A DNA stretch of 64,000 nucleotides from Rhina ancylostomus (GCA_030265395.1 JARFYF010000094.1:92328721-92392720), one strand, 5' to 3'; numbered from the stretch's first letter, positions 34,881-49,520 are shown. The notes: a model not told the origin generated them from the sequence alone. Made by a program: numbers and translations.

Positions 34881-37800
34881 ACATTGGAGATGTATGTGCA
34901 CTCTCAATATAGAGCTGGTGTGTGAACATACAGCACATCATGCATGACTGTAACTGATAGTGACACAGCGCTTACAATGCTTCCAATAGTGTCATGGACA
35001 CAAAGGGACCTCTTTCCGTGCTCTACAACTCCAATGATTCTCTTCTATGTGGCTGTCCATTGCCCCATGAGTTGATGAACAACCTTAACAAACTAAAGGC
35101 CTACTGAGCAACAAAGGTGTTTCCTTAAGCGCAAGTCTTCAGACTGTCTTGTGCATTGGTACTTTACGGTAAACATGCCAATCGTTATCCCCAGAGCCTT
35201 GACATTTTTTTCCTCTTTTCAAAATATATCCACTTACACACTTTTTCATCTTTGTTGCTGTAGTTATAGCCTTCACAAGTGCTATCTCAAAAATAAGTCA
35301 CAGATGTTTAGTATTCTGATTGGTCCAATTTTGGCTGGCATCATTTGGACGGCAGAATTTCGAGTGGGCTTGCTTTGACTTGCCTGGATTGCAAACGCAG
35401 CTCTAGTGTGAACATGGTCTGGCAGTCAGTGTAACGTCACTAGGAATATTGCAGCACACTCTGTTGATAACAAGGATAAACCGGCAAGCCAAGTAGCTCC
35501 AGGGTATTCCGCCTCTGGACATTAAACATGTAAAACTGACATTGAAAATAATACGAGGGAAACAATAACAAATTCCTTGACTGGAAAATCCATGATCACT
35601 TATGTTTCTGTTTTAGAACTGTTAACTCAACTGACACAACACAATTTTACAGTCAGCAGCCATAGAGTAGCATAATGAAGATGGGAATAAGGATGCACCA
35701 TCTCACCTTGTCTGTCCTTTAGATTAATATCCAGAACATGTACAAGTGTGTTTAATATTTCCCCTGTGCCTGCCCACCCCACCCCCACAGACTGGTACCA
35801 AGTCTGTAAGGAAATAAATTCCCAATCTAACAGGAGTCTAACATAGGAGTGGGTTGGGTGGGATACTGCTGCTCAAAGCGACCCCCTTGGCTTACTTAAT
35901 TATGACATTATACTTAAAGTTCACTTGTCTAGTGCAGAGTCATATCCAAAACCCGAATGGTAAATGTGATTGGGTCCCCAGTGCAGGTGTCATTGCCATA
36001 CCGTGATGTTATGTATACTTTATCATTAACAAGTGCAAAATACTTCTGCATGTTCAATGCTACAGATGTCATAGCCCATGAACTCTGAAACTGGCCGAAA
36101 CTGGAAGAGATGAGGTCTGCTTCATGTTAAAGGGCACCGCAGCTTACCATTGTACCGAGTCTCCCAACCAGCTTCTCCCCCACCTCTTGCCACTGGATTC
36201 CTCAAGGCTCCAATTGAATAGCAAGTTGACCACTCCTACCACCTCCTCCCTAATCAGGCCTGAACCCCTTGAACCCTGGCATCTTCTTCCACCAATGGCT
36301 TACACAACAGAGGCTCCAAAACCTCTGGGTCCAATCCTCCCTATCACAGCCTCTCCACACTTTACCAATGAGCTTCTCTCTCTCCTTCCCTGCCTCATCC
36401 CCAACTTTGCCCTCTCTCCCTTGTGATTTGTGAACTACTAGACATCCTCGATAATGGGGAAAGCAGAGGAGGAAAGGTATTTCTTTTCCCTGCTCTGATC
36501 TATTAAATATGACACTTGGGCCTCATGCACAATAGAATTTCACTGCCAGGGAACAACACCCAAAATTGCTATAAGCCCCCTGCACAGACATACTTAGCAT
36601 ACTTTCCAGATGCTGAAAACACCTATATTTGTTTACTTTGTTTTCCTCGTTTACCCCATGCCACTAATTATTTGTGAGAATAGGTGATCAGCTCAAATGT
36701 CTATCAACGTTAATCTGTAAGTGTACACCAGGAAGTGTGCACAATAATTTCTGGTTTTCCGTGACTACCTTTGGGGAAACTCCAATCGGACTTAATTGCC
36801 ATCTACTGGTCAGTGGATTGGAACCTGCAAATGTGGCAGCAAAATTTGATGAAACAATAAATAAGCCAAAGAGAAGTTCCTCTCATCTGGATGCTGCTGA
36901 ACTTACACAGCTACAATCAGTGCCCTCCAATGAAAATTAGTATCTTCTGGTCCAGTATTTGGTGAAAATTCATGAGAGAAATGAACTGTGTATAATATTT
37001 TTTCCCAATGAATTTATTTCAGTATATTTCTATGTTTGTCTACTGTGGTAGAAAAATTGGATACATATAGCTCTCCACATAACTCATTAAGATTTATGGA
37101 AGAATAAACATCAATTCTTGAGACTTTTGATAGTCATATTTGTACAAGATGCTATCATTGATTTGACTGAAAATAAAAACCAGGAGTGAAGTAACAGGCT
37201 GTCCATTCAATATAACCTATTCCTTACAATTGTACGGTCAAAATTACCCATCTGAAATCAGAAGATATTACAGTAGCTCTGAGATAAGAGTATTTCTATT
37301 TTTAAAAATTCTGTAGTTATGCTTTGTATTCTCACACAAAAGGCTGCTCTAATAAAACCCTGGCATGGTGCCCCAGCTGTTGCTAGTTTGTGTAGTGCAG
37401 AACCGTTGTCCTATTTGAAATAAAATGTGCTGACCATTCACACACAATGACCTTTAAAACTGGACCACCGTATTCCACTTTCATTCAACCAGGTCACTTT
37501 CAATCTGGGATGAGAGGGATAATATCCTTTTACAAAGCTAACTTAACTTGGAAGAAATGCTGGATAAGTTTGGGTTTAAAAATTATAATGATAATTTCAC
37601 TTCAAAACAGCAAAGGGGCTGTGACAAAACTCCATGGCAATTTTCGCCTGAGCTTGAGTATAATACAGTCTCAGTAAGAAAAAGACCTATCTGTTATCAA
37701 TCTTCCAAGTGCTGGAGGAAATGGAGGATGCTGACCTGAAGCCCACTCCCTTGGGTCAGTGCATGCTGGGAAGGAAAACAGACCACAGANNNGACAATTT

Positions 37801-38323
37801 TCAGCTTGACTGCATTCACTTTCTCTACTAGGCCCCATGAAAACAAACTGACATAACAAAGGACGCAAAATTAATGACCCGTAGTCTTTGTCAATTGACT
37901 CCTGGTACCAGCAGCCAATTCACCTTAATTTTTTTTTCACTTTTGTAAACTTTCAACATGTCCTCTGGCATCTGGGCTGAGACTCTTGGCATTAAACTCT
38001 TCAAAGAGTTCAGTTGTTGCCTCTTTTTGTAATTTGTTAATCTAAGCGTAATTATGCCTCTAAAACAACAAACAAACCAATAGTTTTGGATCAGCGTTAA
38101 GCTATTAGCTGAAACATTTAAGATAGGAGTTAATTAAAATCACCTCCCCAGTGTAGTCTTGTATTTCATAAAGAGGACTAATCAATAACAACTGTCAAGA
38201 TATTCTTTCAGTTTAAAGACTCACATGAAGAATATGTCTCAACACTTCAAGTCACATCAAAGGAAGATTTAATCAAATTCTCAAGTTGAATTGTGTGTAG
38301 TAAAATAATTTCAAAACTCCAAC

Positions 38324-38415
38324 CCTTAAACCAGTACATGCTCTTTAATTTGTTTTGCCTACAGGAGATGTCATCCCAAATTTCCTGGAATAAACCCACA
38401 GGTATCCAGTATTCA
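38324..38415 (-). pseudogene. Exon-like segment
   Basis: Acceptor ttttctttttgctacattgcaccag, donor AAGG|GTTGGA; EYWIPVGLFQEIWDDISCRQNKLKSMYWFK, phase-2 start compatible with 41901-42011. Confidence 0.45.
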
Positions 38416-40124
38416 CTGGTGCAATGTAGCAAAAAGAAAAAGAACCCGGACTTGAGAAGGGAGTGAGTAAGGGAGGGATACAAGGAATAATAGCACAATT
38501 TGAACAAGAAATAAATAAACAGACGTGTCTCAAAGAAAAATAGAACATTTTGCTGATGGAAGAATTCTTCAAGTGAATGCATTTAACTTACAGTCCCAAT
38601 ACTTGGTGAATCAGTGTCAACAGTTCTTAAGAAAATGGGATGCTGACAGAAGTGGGATTCTGCGACATTCTAGGTTATAACGACAACCCTGAATTGTCAC
38701 AACATTATCATTCTGGCACTAATTCTATCTGAAATAAGAATTTACTGGACTTGTTGACTCCCTGAATTGACGTTACACTTAAATAAGTCACAATCTTATT
38801 TAACAGAGGAACAGAGTTGCTGTGTGACGGCAACTCCTAATTTGTATGTTTGTTTGTTTGTACGTATGTTCTACTCTCTTCCAAACTGTCTCAGGTTTAT
38901 ATTTGCTTGTTTGAAGTTGCTTTGGGAAGTTGACATTCCCATGGACTCATTCTCTCAATGAGCTGTGCACCTCTGGTAGAAAAACTGTAATCTAGCAGCT
39001 GTTTGTGAGCACAGCTGTGAAAATGTATTGCAGTGGACACACAGTAACTCTCAGACCTGCAGTTTTGCTGGGTTCAGCAGTTTTAAGTAACAGGGAGACA
39101 GAATATACAGTATGTGTCAGAGCATTAATGCTGGAGAATCTGCTCATGGATCCAGTGCCAGGTTAGGCCATTGATCTCACTGGAGTTTGTAGAAGTGCAG
39201 AGAAGGAAAGAAAGAAAACAAATTAAGCTGTTCTTATGAAAAAATGCACTTTGATTTTAATAATTTACAAGTGTTTTTAATTGTCTTTACCAGTCCCGAT
39301 GCCTTCCAACTCCCATTTACATGTTCCAACCTTCCAAATGAAGATCCTTCTGTCTGTAAGCTTCTGGCACCTCCTTGTTGGGTTTAGAACCTCAAGGTGT
39401 TATATTTATGATCTGGGGAGAGACTCTTCCCACACTTAATTGTGTCTATTTTATTTAACATTTCAAAAGAATAATTTAATTATAAACTGCATCCAAGGAA
39501 ATGTTAAGACTCTTGTATGAGATAGCTAGAACATGTCTGAGAAATTCCAAATAATTCCTTCAGAAATATTTGCTGAAATAAACAGCTCTTGCTAAACAAA
39601 CACCTCCTGTAACCACTGTGAATACATCATAACCTTCAGTTTGTATAGAGGTAATCTCATTGTATTGTTATAGTCACAAGTCATGGATTCAGAATCATTA
39701 GTGGAAAGTGAATATTTATCAATTTACAACTATTTTCTGCTCCTTAAAAACAAAATAACTATTTTTGTTTTTTTCTCAGATGTTGCAGCTGCTATAGCAG
39801 GCTAATCATCCTTGGATCCTTGGTTACAAGTTCAACGCTCCTGATTTAATCTCTTCAATTTAAAGTCCCGATTGCCAATGAAGACTCCTGCTACATAGCA
39901 TCAGTTTGGCTCAGTTAGCTGCTACTGACTCCCAAGTTGTGGGTTCAAAGCCCATTCAAGCATCTAAGTTCATAAGCTATGTTGGCGTTTAGGTGGTGGG
40001 GGAATACCACATTGCCAGATCTGCCTCCTTCAGCTGTGATATTAAACTGAGCTCCATCTTTTCATTCAGGTGAAAGTTAAAAATCAAACGGCATACCCTG
40101 GAAAGAGCCCACCTAGTTTCAGAG

Positions 40125-40240
40125 GACTATGGTAGTTCAAGACTGTGGCTCACCACCACCTTCTCCTTCCAGGGTAATTGGAGATGGGCAATAAATATTA
40201 GCCTTGGCTAGGATTTACTCATCCCAAAATATGAATAAAA
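40125..40240 (+). mobile_element. Elasmobranch CR1-like LINE 3' tail
   Basis: gttcaagactgtggctcaccaccaccttctc...gggtaattggagatgggcaataaat. Confidence 0.6.
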
Positions 40241-40249
40241 TATCATTCA

Positions 40250-40600
40250 GACAGCAGAGAGGCTCAGCCAGTAGACCTGCTGCCGCATAGCTCCAGAGAC
40301 CAGGGTTTGATCCTGACCTCTAGTGCTGCCTTTGTGTGACTTGCACGTTCTCCCTGTGACTACCAGGATGCTCCAGTTTCCTTCCACATCCAAAGATGTG
40401 CAGGTCAGTAGGTTAGTTGGCTGCTGTAAACTACATCTAGTGTTTGGGTAAGTGGTAGAATCTGGGGGTTAGTTAATTAAAACATGGAGAGAATAAAATG
40501 AAATTTGCATAAGGTTAGTGTAATGGGTGCTTGATAGTCAGCACAGACCCGGTGGGCCGAAGGGCCTGTTTCAGTGGTGTATCAGTCTATGACTCTATGA
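40250..40600 (+). mobile_element. HE1-like tRNA-SINE with CR1 tail
   Basis: tRNA head (ctgctgccgcatagctccagagaccagggtttgatcctgacc), body ttgcacgttctccctgtgac...tccaaagatgtgcagg, tail gggccgaagggcctgtttc...ctatgactctatgac. Confidence 0.85.
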
Positions 40601-41900
40601 CCATTCAACTTTGCTGGCCATGCCTTCTATTATGCAAGCCCCAAGCTATGGAATTCTCCCTCTGAACCAAACCTCATAGTCCCCCCCTCCACTGCCTCCT
40701 TAAAACCTACCAAGCATTCGGTCTCATCTTCTTTGGCTATTACCTATTTCTTTTCTGACTGCTTTCCTGTAAAAGTCATTGAAAATGTTTTTTCTGTAAA
40801 TGTATTTTATTAGTTGAGATTTCACTCATTTCATCACTACAGTGCTGCAGTCTGTTGAGAACAGGGCTGTAGGATCAAGAGGAATAAAACAATTAAAATA
40901 CGTATTATACTGAAGAATATTAGCAAGATGTTAGTTACCTGCAAATCTTTAAAAGATTTAATGCTAAGAATTCAAGCCAGAGATTTACTTTAACCAGTCT
41001 CTCACACGTCAGTGCTCCTCACAACAAGTCATACATCTTTATTTCTGTTGGTTTTATTAATTTCACTTGAGCAATGACAAGCTGTTCTCATTGTTCCAGC
41101 TAATCCGCTAGAGGAAATATGTTGGCACGCTGGCAAATATCCTTGGCTCCCCTAAATTGTTTGCAAATAGTTTCATTGTTCGTGTTTAAGTCTGTGGAAA
41201 CAGCAGCAACTCACTAGAGGCTGCCCAGTGAGCCTACATCTGCCCACATGGCACAGGCTGGAGTAAGCTCATCTATTATTGTCTATTGCTACCTTCTACT
41301 TATCTTGTGTAATTGCACCAGGACATAAAAAAACATTTACTCTTATCATTAGATTGAGTTTTCCTTCCCCCCATAATACTCAATTACGTGTAATGAAGTA
41401 TCACATAGGTTAATCATTATAGCAGTTCAATCTACATAGTCACATAGCACTGCCACTCGTGATCACGTTACACTGCCTCACAATCAACACAGCACAACCT
41501 CTAAGAGGACAACAGAAGGACGATAAAGAAATAATTACTTATGAAAGATGCTTCAGGATTAGTTTATAATTTTTCTTATTGATCTCTGGTTAAGAGCATG
41601 ACCTTTACAGAAGAAGGCATACTTTCACTTAATGTGTTTTATGTTTTGAAAGTGGTTCATAAAAATCAATGATTTATCTTGTTTTCTTTTAGCAGCAGCC
41701 AGTTTACAGTTTCCGAATCATATGGACTGCCTCCATTCCAAGAATTTATTCCAAAATAATTTATTTTTTAAATTAGAATCCAGTACACAGAGATTGTTCT
41801 GTTCCATTTCATGACCCTTTTAATGTTGAAATGGGGAAGGCAGGACTCTTTTCCAGGCAGGTTATTAAATTTCAGTGATCTGGTGATATAATCAATACAC

Positions 41901-42011
41901 CTATATGCAGACTGGGCTTGGGTCTGCCTCCAGTTCACGCAGGCAGAGTACACCAGGACGTGGTTGCATTGGGTAAAAGCAAACCATTTGAAATCTTTGC
42001 CGATCTTCACT
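41901..42011 (-). pseudogene. Exon-like segment, open frame
   Basis: Acceptor tttcattccatttgactcaattcag, donor TAG|GTGTAT, 111 bp phase 2-2; VKIGKDFKWFAFTQCNHVLVYSACVNWRQTQAQSAY. Confidence 0.45.
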
Positions 42012-42227
42012 CTGAATTGAGTCAAATGGAATGAAAGTTGGGAAGTATATCTTTGTTACTTCACAGTTCCTAGGTCTAGGAATTCAATTGTGTAGCACAT
42101 GTTTTTGCATGCATTACATGCTTTAATGGAGATATAAAACTGATGGCAGGATGCGATTGGGTCTTTTTAAGCATGCATAAGCCTATGATTTGACTTTGAA
42201 TCATGTGTTTATGTGCATGTCATGGAC

Positions 42228-42354
42228 TTTTGCACGCGAGATATGGGGCATGAAATGGTGACACAGCTTGGAGGGCAATACACATTCAACCTTGATACTG
42301 AATCCTTGCAGCATGAAGGAGCAGAGTGGGCGATGAACGGAAAAGCAAGCCCCA
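42228..42354 (-). pseudogene. Exon-like segment, RGS-like domain end
   Basis: Acceptor gctttcttctag; GLAFPFIAHSAPSCCKDSVSRLNVYCPPSCVTIS recalls RGS22 LKPLLLYWAPRFCVTH; weak donor. Confidence 0.4.
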
Positions 42355-42829
42355 CTAGAAGAAAGCATTGCTTGAGTGCTCTTTAAAGAGCAGGCCTTAC
42401 TTACATTTTTATTGGGCAATCCATTGCAGAAGGTATTTGATGGACCCAGCACAGATGCAATGATAGGCCAGAATTCTGAACATTTTGCAGGTGAGGTGTA
42501 CATTTTTTCCCCAGGGTCCCTCTCCCCACCTCTCAATGCTCCAGTCACTACCCGACTCCCAAATCTCACCACCCCTAGGTTTTTCATGTTCTCCAACCCA
42601 ATGTTGGAGAAGTGGATACTCAGAACCATGTGTGTCGTTGCATTCTTTTCATTAGGTCACTTCAAGTCAATCTAGTGCTTCCAGCGGTAAGTCCAGCAGA
42701 GAACTGCCATTTTCAGAGTACCAACCATGTCTGCGCAACACACAGGTTAAAATGCAGTTCACATACACCTTCCAAATTTATATGGGGTTACTATCACACA
42801 GAAGATAATGAATGCACTGTTCACAAACT

Positions 42830-43500
42830 TGATGCCTGATACTCCACTTATGCACAAAAGTCACTCCACAGTGGCCCACATCAAAATATCATCGGGCCTC
42901 TGCACAGCCCCATTTGAGTTTTTTGTTATGTATTTCAGCCCTCAGTCTATAACCTCAGGAAAATGTTCTCATTTATATCTCTGGTCCAGTGAGGATAACC
43001 TTAGGCTTCCCTACAATGAACTCTATCTGGTACAGATTTGCTCAATTATTTAATCTATGTTCCCTTGCAACTTCTTGCACTCATCCATTCTGTCCCCCCA
43101 AACTTAGTGTTTATCTAGAACATTGTATATGCAATATAAATTAACAACAATTCATTTTAAATGAAAATCTAAGGCCCCACTATAAATCTCTGGAGACCCC
43201 ACTTGTTCCACGCTGCAAACCAGAGATTCTCGCCTTTATCCCTGTCTCTCATCTTCCAATCAGTTGTTGACTCACATCACAAAGTCAGCTCCAACCCCAA
43301 GCATTTTCATTTCTACTAATAATTTCTTGAATGGAACTTTATCATATGCCGATTGGTAATTCATCCATTGTCACTCACCCATCAACCATAGTAATGACTT
43401 CTAGAAAGAATGAACCAGGTTGCTTTGCACGTTTGGTTTGCACATTTCCATGTGGATACTTTTGGTGTATCTGTTACTTGTCTAAGCAATTCGTCACTCT
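42830..43500 (-). mobile_element. Old CR1/L2-type RT fragment
   Basis: tatctagaacattgtatatgcaatataaattaacaaca...ggccccactataaatctctggagacccc...atggaactttatcatatgcc (reverse resembles AYDKVP...GSP....VLGP). Confidence 0.5.
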
Positions 43501-43843
43501 GTCTCTGGTTTACATAACTTCAAAGGTTCTGGGACTGCAGACACACTCAAAATATGTAACATTCATTGTTAGGGACTGGAGTTCTGCTCTGCACAGAATT
43601 GTAGTTAGGGCCATAAACAAGGCGCTGCCTAGCTGGAACAGATTCTGTAGCTACTGGTCTTAACCTAGTAACTGGAAAATAAACAGTCTTCCAGGATTCT
43701 TTGCAGAGCCATGCTCACACAGGCTGTGAGAAGTTATGGATTGATTCAGTTCAGCATGTACCCAGTATCACTTTGATGACAGGTGCACTCTGCATTCGCT
43801 CTTAACCCCTCCAGGTGCCCATCACTGACAACACCCACACTAC

Positions 43844-43926
43844 CTTCCTTTAAAAATTGTCTTATGTTCCAGTGTTGTTCATCTGTACAATGTGTACATT
43901 CCCATGTATCCAGGTACATTTTTTGA
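43844..43926 (-). pseudogene. Exon-like segment
   Basis: Acceptor tttcactcctgctaatgatccacag, donor GAAG|GTAGTG; QKMYLDTWECTHCTDEQHWNIRQFLKE. Confidence 0.35.
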
Positions 43927-46900
43927 CTGTGGATCATTAGCAGGAGTGAAAACCTACACAATAGTCATTATTCCTCTTGGACTCACACATTGTGTTTGAT
44001 TGTTGTCTTTTAGTCTATCTTAGGTAATTCACTGTTTCATAATAAGTTTAAAAACAAGCAGCAGTCTTTGCAAATAGGAATGTGACTAACGGGGAGAAAA
44101 AACCTTTGTTTAACATTTCAAAATTAATACAAGGACTAGAATCAGCATTAGGTTTGCTTCTTCACAAGTTCACTTTACATCTGAGATATGCAAACCCTAC
44201 TCCGTCATTAAGTGCAACTAAACAGAAATGGTTCTGGAAACTGATGGCCACATTGGAGTCCCCTTGGAAATCTGACAAAACTCCTTCACCCGAGTATAAT
44301 AAGGAATATCAGGCATTTATTAATGGGCCATGCATGCATTGCCAGATACCAGCAGATGGCAGTTGTAACCAGTTTCCAAAGATCTACATAATTGAAACCA
44401 GGACTCATTCTCAACCATATAAAAGTAAACCCCATTATCTCTAAGGCACTTGATAATGAAATAAGATTTTAATATCTATACGAGGGTCAATGGCTTAATC
44501 CAAAAAAAGATTTCTGGCTTGAAATCATCAGCAAAGCCTTGGCACTAGTAGTGAGGACATTTTGATTACAAGCAAGGGGGCTTAATGTTTATGAGTGTCT
44601 ATTCTATCTTCTTATAGATATTATGATTGGGCCTTGTCAAATTCACGTACTCTATACTTAAAAACTGCTGGGGATTCAGTGACCTGTTGCAGTTTCACAC
44701 CTGCTCTATTTAAGTATTGAGAAGGTCCTTCAGAAAGAGATCCCTCCAGTTCACGATCATACCTTCTGGTAAGTATCAGGTAAGTTTGGGTGTAACATGC
44801 ACTCAATAAGCACAAAGAACACCCAACTTAGTGACTCTAGAGTCAAACAGAGTTCATTATCTCTCCTTGTTTAATGTTTAACCAATACCAACCTTTTGTA
44901 AAGTGTTATCTAGAATACTATTTCTGCATTGGCCAGTATCTTTGTCTTCTTTTGACATAAGATATCTTTTGCTCACAAGTACTGTTGAATAGCTGTTTGA
45001 CAAGCCCTCCTGGAGTGACAGAGCAAACAAATCAAAAGCATTCTTTGCAACTTTTATATCAGGCTTTTAAAAGACAGCAATCTCCTTCCTTAACATTCTG
45101 GAGGTCAAAAACAAATGAAAATGACAGGATAAACAAATCATTTTTGTAAGAAAGCCATGATACTAGTACAAAAAAAACATAGAACTAGCCAGAGTGCAGC
45201 TAGAAACAGATGAAAAGCAATCAACTAACCTGTTGCACAAAGCAAACAGATTCTTTTTACTGCTAATTCTAAAACACTTGCTTCAGAGTGAATCATGTAC
45301 GCCACAGCAGATTTATATACCCAGGGCCAATTTGTCAGCTGCATTTCAGAATAGCCGCTGCCAATTTTAGAACATTACATTGGAATGTCTGTCTCAAGGA
45401 AAGCAGTTTTTTTTCCTTTGCTAACCTGGCAGCCATGTTCTTGCTGACACCAGTCAATGTTCTTTACTGATTGATTTGGATATAAAAACACTGATTAGAA
45501 TCACCAATCGATTCCCAGGCCCATCTTAATGCTCCAGGATTAAATTGGTGTCTGATGAGCAAGGTTTGTGTTTTACTTCCAAAATATAAATTTAAGTTCA
45601 AGTTTGCTTTGACAACTTTCTTGTTAAATTACCACTAAAGTATCTTGTGAACTTCCATTTTAAGTGTAGCATTCGTATGGAGAGCATAGCAGTTTACCTA
45701 ATTAATTTAGTTTGCCATCAATATAAATATTGCTTTTGCTCTCAACCCATCTAGAAACCACATTAAAATAATAATAAATGCAGTTAAACTGCTTAAGTGT
45801 AGGGATATCGCTGGGAAAAGCAATACCATGCCAGACCTGTGAAATCATCTATCAGTTCCCTGGCCTGACCTCTGTGGCAGTAAGGCAACCCCTTAACATC
45901 AGGCATCCAATACACTGTCCCCCTAATCCAAAGCCATTAGATTTCACCAGACCATGGTGCCAGATGGTTTTGGAGTTATTGAACGTCTGGGGTATCACTC
46001 TGAAGGAGGTCATATGGGGGACACTAACATATGAATAAGAACATTTTATTGGGAGAAACAGACAGATCTTCAGATTGATGTGGTTGTTCTTGAGAGAAAT
46101 AGATTCCCTCCTTGGGTGTTTTTAACATGTTAGCAGTTATTAATTCTGCAGGAAAATGGAAGTACGTTGTCCATTATTTGAATGCCTGCCTAGTTTAACG
46201 GCTGAATTTTAGTAATTTTCTATTCTCTTTCCTGATGACCCTTGTTCTGTCAGTATACCTGACTCGCATAATATGAGTGACTAAATTTTATTTGGTGTGG
46301 CCCATAGATTATAGAGATGATGGTGCACGTAAAATCTGCTGTACATACACCAAAGTATTGTGAAGACTATCTCTGTCATTGACTAGAGAGAATTATTGCT
46401 TTGAAAAGGCACTGCACCCTTGTGATATCACACAGCAAAGTTCATGTACCAACTGAGCAATGTCACTGTATCAAACAGCAATGCCAGTGTATCACAAAAT
46501 TTATCCCCTGTTAGGAAACTGTTTACTTCAATGATAAATAATAAAAATGTGACCAAAATGAAAGTGGAAGCTTTGGACAATGATGGAAAGTAACTGCAGT
46601 GTTTGAAACAGAAAGTTCTAGAAACAACACAGTCTGAATATTTCCTTCAGAAGGGCAATGTTTTGGGAAATATTATTTGAAAGTAAAATGCAAACAGTAA
46701 AAAAAGTAAAAAATTCATGTCTGGTCAGAAACACTGCACTGCACTGAAGCATTTTCATGCTGCACTCCACCTTCAAAATTCATTCCATTGCTTTTGGAGA
46801 TTTAAAAGTAATATTTAGATGCAAACAGACCTCTTGTAGCATTCCACATGGTTAGTCAGACAGTATACTGTTTGATATGACGGAATGTTTCAGACCATGT

Positions 46901-47229
46901 AGGATACAGTATAATACTGTCATTGTCATTTCTTTATAAATACTAAACATGTGAAATTTAAAGTCTTTGTACAGCAGTTGTGGGAGTCAAATTTATTGAA
47001 TGTCAATTTTTCTATGAAACCTCTAATTTATTGTCCTCAATTATTATTCAAAAGAGATTACCCTCAATAATTTACTTTCAGCGTTTAGCTCTTAAATTGT
47101 GTGTAGCCAAATATAGCAGTAAGTCTTTGAAAATCAAGGTCTCCATAACAATAGTGACACTTATTGGTTTTAGCAGTACAGGTTTAAAAATTGATATTCA
47201 TAAAAACACCAAGGAAACTTCTCCACTCT

Positions 47230-47475
47230 CTATATGACATGGGTAGAAGTTCTTGGATGCCTCCCTGAGAAGACAATCTGGGTAATCTTCAAACTCTCAC
47301 CCAACACATCCAAACTTGAGCACTCTTTCAGTGCTGTGTTCAGTCTTAAGGTTACAGGCTTAATTCCTGCAAGAAGCCTTGAACATTTATGGCTTAAATT
47401 GCTTTCCTGACTTTTTAAACAGCATCTGAATTCCTGAATTTGTTTAATGTTATGCCATCTAAAACCAGACATCAG
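47230..47475 (-). pseudogene. Exon-like segment, RGS-like domain start
   Basis: Acceptor cttcaccatttgcatag; LMSGFRWHNIKQIQEFRCCLKSQESNL recalls RGS22 YDIGNRKEFERFKKFIKGTLGE; 3' boundary uncertain. Confidence 0.45.
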
Positions 47476-49034
47476 CTATGCAAATGGTGAAGTTTCAACT
47501 GGGGAGTAAATTTGTTGACATTGTCTCTTTAAAATAATAATATTTCTTCACTCAGTAGAGGAGAAAGATACAAGTTCACACCTGACACAAATCAACATGT
47601 CACACTGTGTACACAGATAAGTTCTTTTAACTTTTCAACTCTGCAAAGTCATTATGAATCATAATCAACTATGGAGACAGTGGACTTTAAGATCAACAGA
47701 TCAAATATTTGTCTTAACTATTAAGATGTTTAAACTATTATGTTGAATGGTTGCCCTTCTCTCAGCAGATAGGTTCGTCTGACACGTGTTGCCAAGGTTA
47801 CATTAGGTATGTTCTACACATTGTGTATTTCTGCTATGCAATCAATCATATCTCCTGACAAATGATTTTCTGCAAGTGTTTTTTTCATTTATAATCTTTA
47901 TTATTGAGGTGAAAGTGCAAATTATCTTAGAAAATGTGATAGTGAACATCATGAAGAGCCATAATGAGAGATCCTGGACAAACTTGGACCTTGAATGTAA
48001 CATGAGTGAGCTAGATGTAACTGAATGATCTTAGGAATGTTGGACAATGTTAAGTGAAGGACTATTCAGTATAATGGGTGCTGTTATAATGGATGACTTA
48101 TAATATAATCAGACAGTGTTATAATGAGGTATGTGATCACATCAAGCTGTCAAATTAAACATGCAGGGTGTAATAAAGCTGTAAAAATGTCATATTTGCA
48201 GAAAAACAGCTTTATGTTCCACCTGTGCCTCCTCTTTGTCTAACAACTTAACATTTTCTACTATTCTTTTTTCCTAACTCTTAGCCAGCTTCTCTTTAAA
48301 TGTATCTACATTATTCAACAAGTGCTTGTTGTAATTACTTCAACCTTCTAACTGTGCTCTAGTCAGAGGCATGTCAAATAATTATTAGAGTGGGAAATAT
48401 GGACTCTGTCAGAACATCTTAATGAAGGCAGTGTAATATATATTAGACTGCATTATATTTATATCAGACAATGGTAAAAGCAATGGTATATAATCAGGAA
48501 GACATAACAAAAGGAAATGGGAGATGTCTGTCATGGTTCCGGGTACTGGCCCTCAATTTGGCTCCTTTGATGATGCCTTGTTGTACAGCACATGGATTCC
48601 ATACTTGACTGTTTGCATAATGGCACACACCTGAGCCCCATCAGGTGCCTAGCATAAGTACCTGGGTTTCTCTAGCACTAGTTGCCAGAGTATTGGTCAA
48701 CCTTTGGCTCCTGGTTGCTTAGANNNNNNNNNNNNNNNNNNNNNNNNNNNNNNNNNNNNNNNNNNNNNNNNNNNNNNNNNNNNNNNNNNNNNNNNNNNNN
48801 NNNNNNNNNNNNNNNNNNNNNNNTCCTGACTCCAGTCTTGTACCAGTGTGCCGCATTTGGGTTCTCTGTGAGCTTGCTCTTTGCTCAACATTGTGACAGT
48901 CTCAAAGTAAACAGAATATTATATTGATGATTCACTGGTCATCCAATACAGTTTTATTCTCTGGACGTTCCCAAAATGTGCCAACATACCAGCTTATGTA
49001 AAGAGGGAGAAGGGGGAGAAAGATTGGGGAAAGA

Positions 49035-49520
49035 TGGACAATTATGGAATGAGGAAGGTCATTCTGCCCATTCCACTTCTTTGATCCAACTCGTCCCACT
49101 CCCCCTCTCTTTCTCTATGGCACTTCAGATGTTTTCCCTTCAAGTATTTATTCAATTCTCCTTTGAAAGTTTATCATTGATCTTGTTCCTCCACCCTTCC
49201 TGGCACCACTTTCTGGATCACAATACTTCACTGTGTAAGGAACATTTCCTTACGTTGACTCTGAATCTTTTGCCAATCACATTACACCAGTGTTCTTCGG
49301 TTGCCAACTCTTCTGCTGCTGGAAACATCCTTTGCTTATTCACTTCATCAATCCCTTCTTGGTTATGACCACTTCTATCTTAGATTCTCTCAATCTCCTT
49401 GCTCCAAGGCAAATAGATATTTTTTCCTGTCTCCACATAAATGGAGTCTTGTATTCCCTGGTGACATTCTAATAAGTTTCTTCTCCAGCAGCTCTAAGCT
49501 TTTGAAATTCTTCTGAAAAT
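49035..49520 (-). mobile_element. CR1 3' fragment
   Basis: gaggaaggtcattctgccca...ccacccttcctggcacc...ctggaaacatcc...ggtgacattctaataagtttcttct. Confidence 0.6.
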
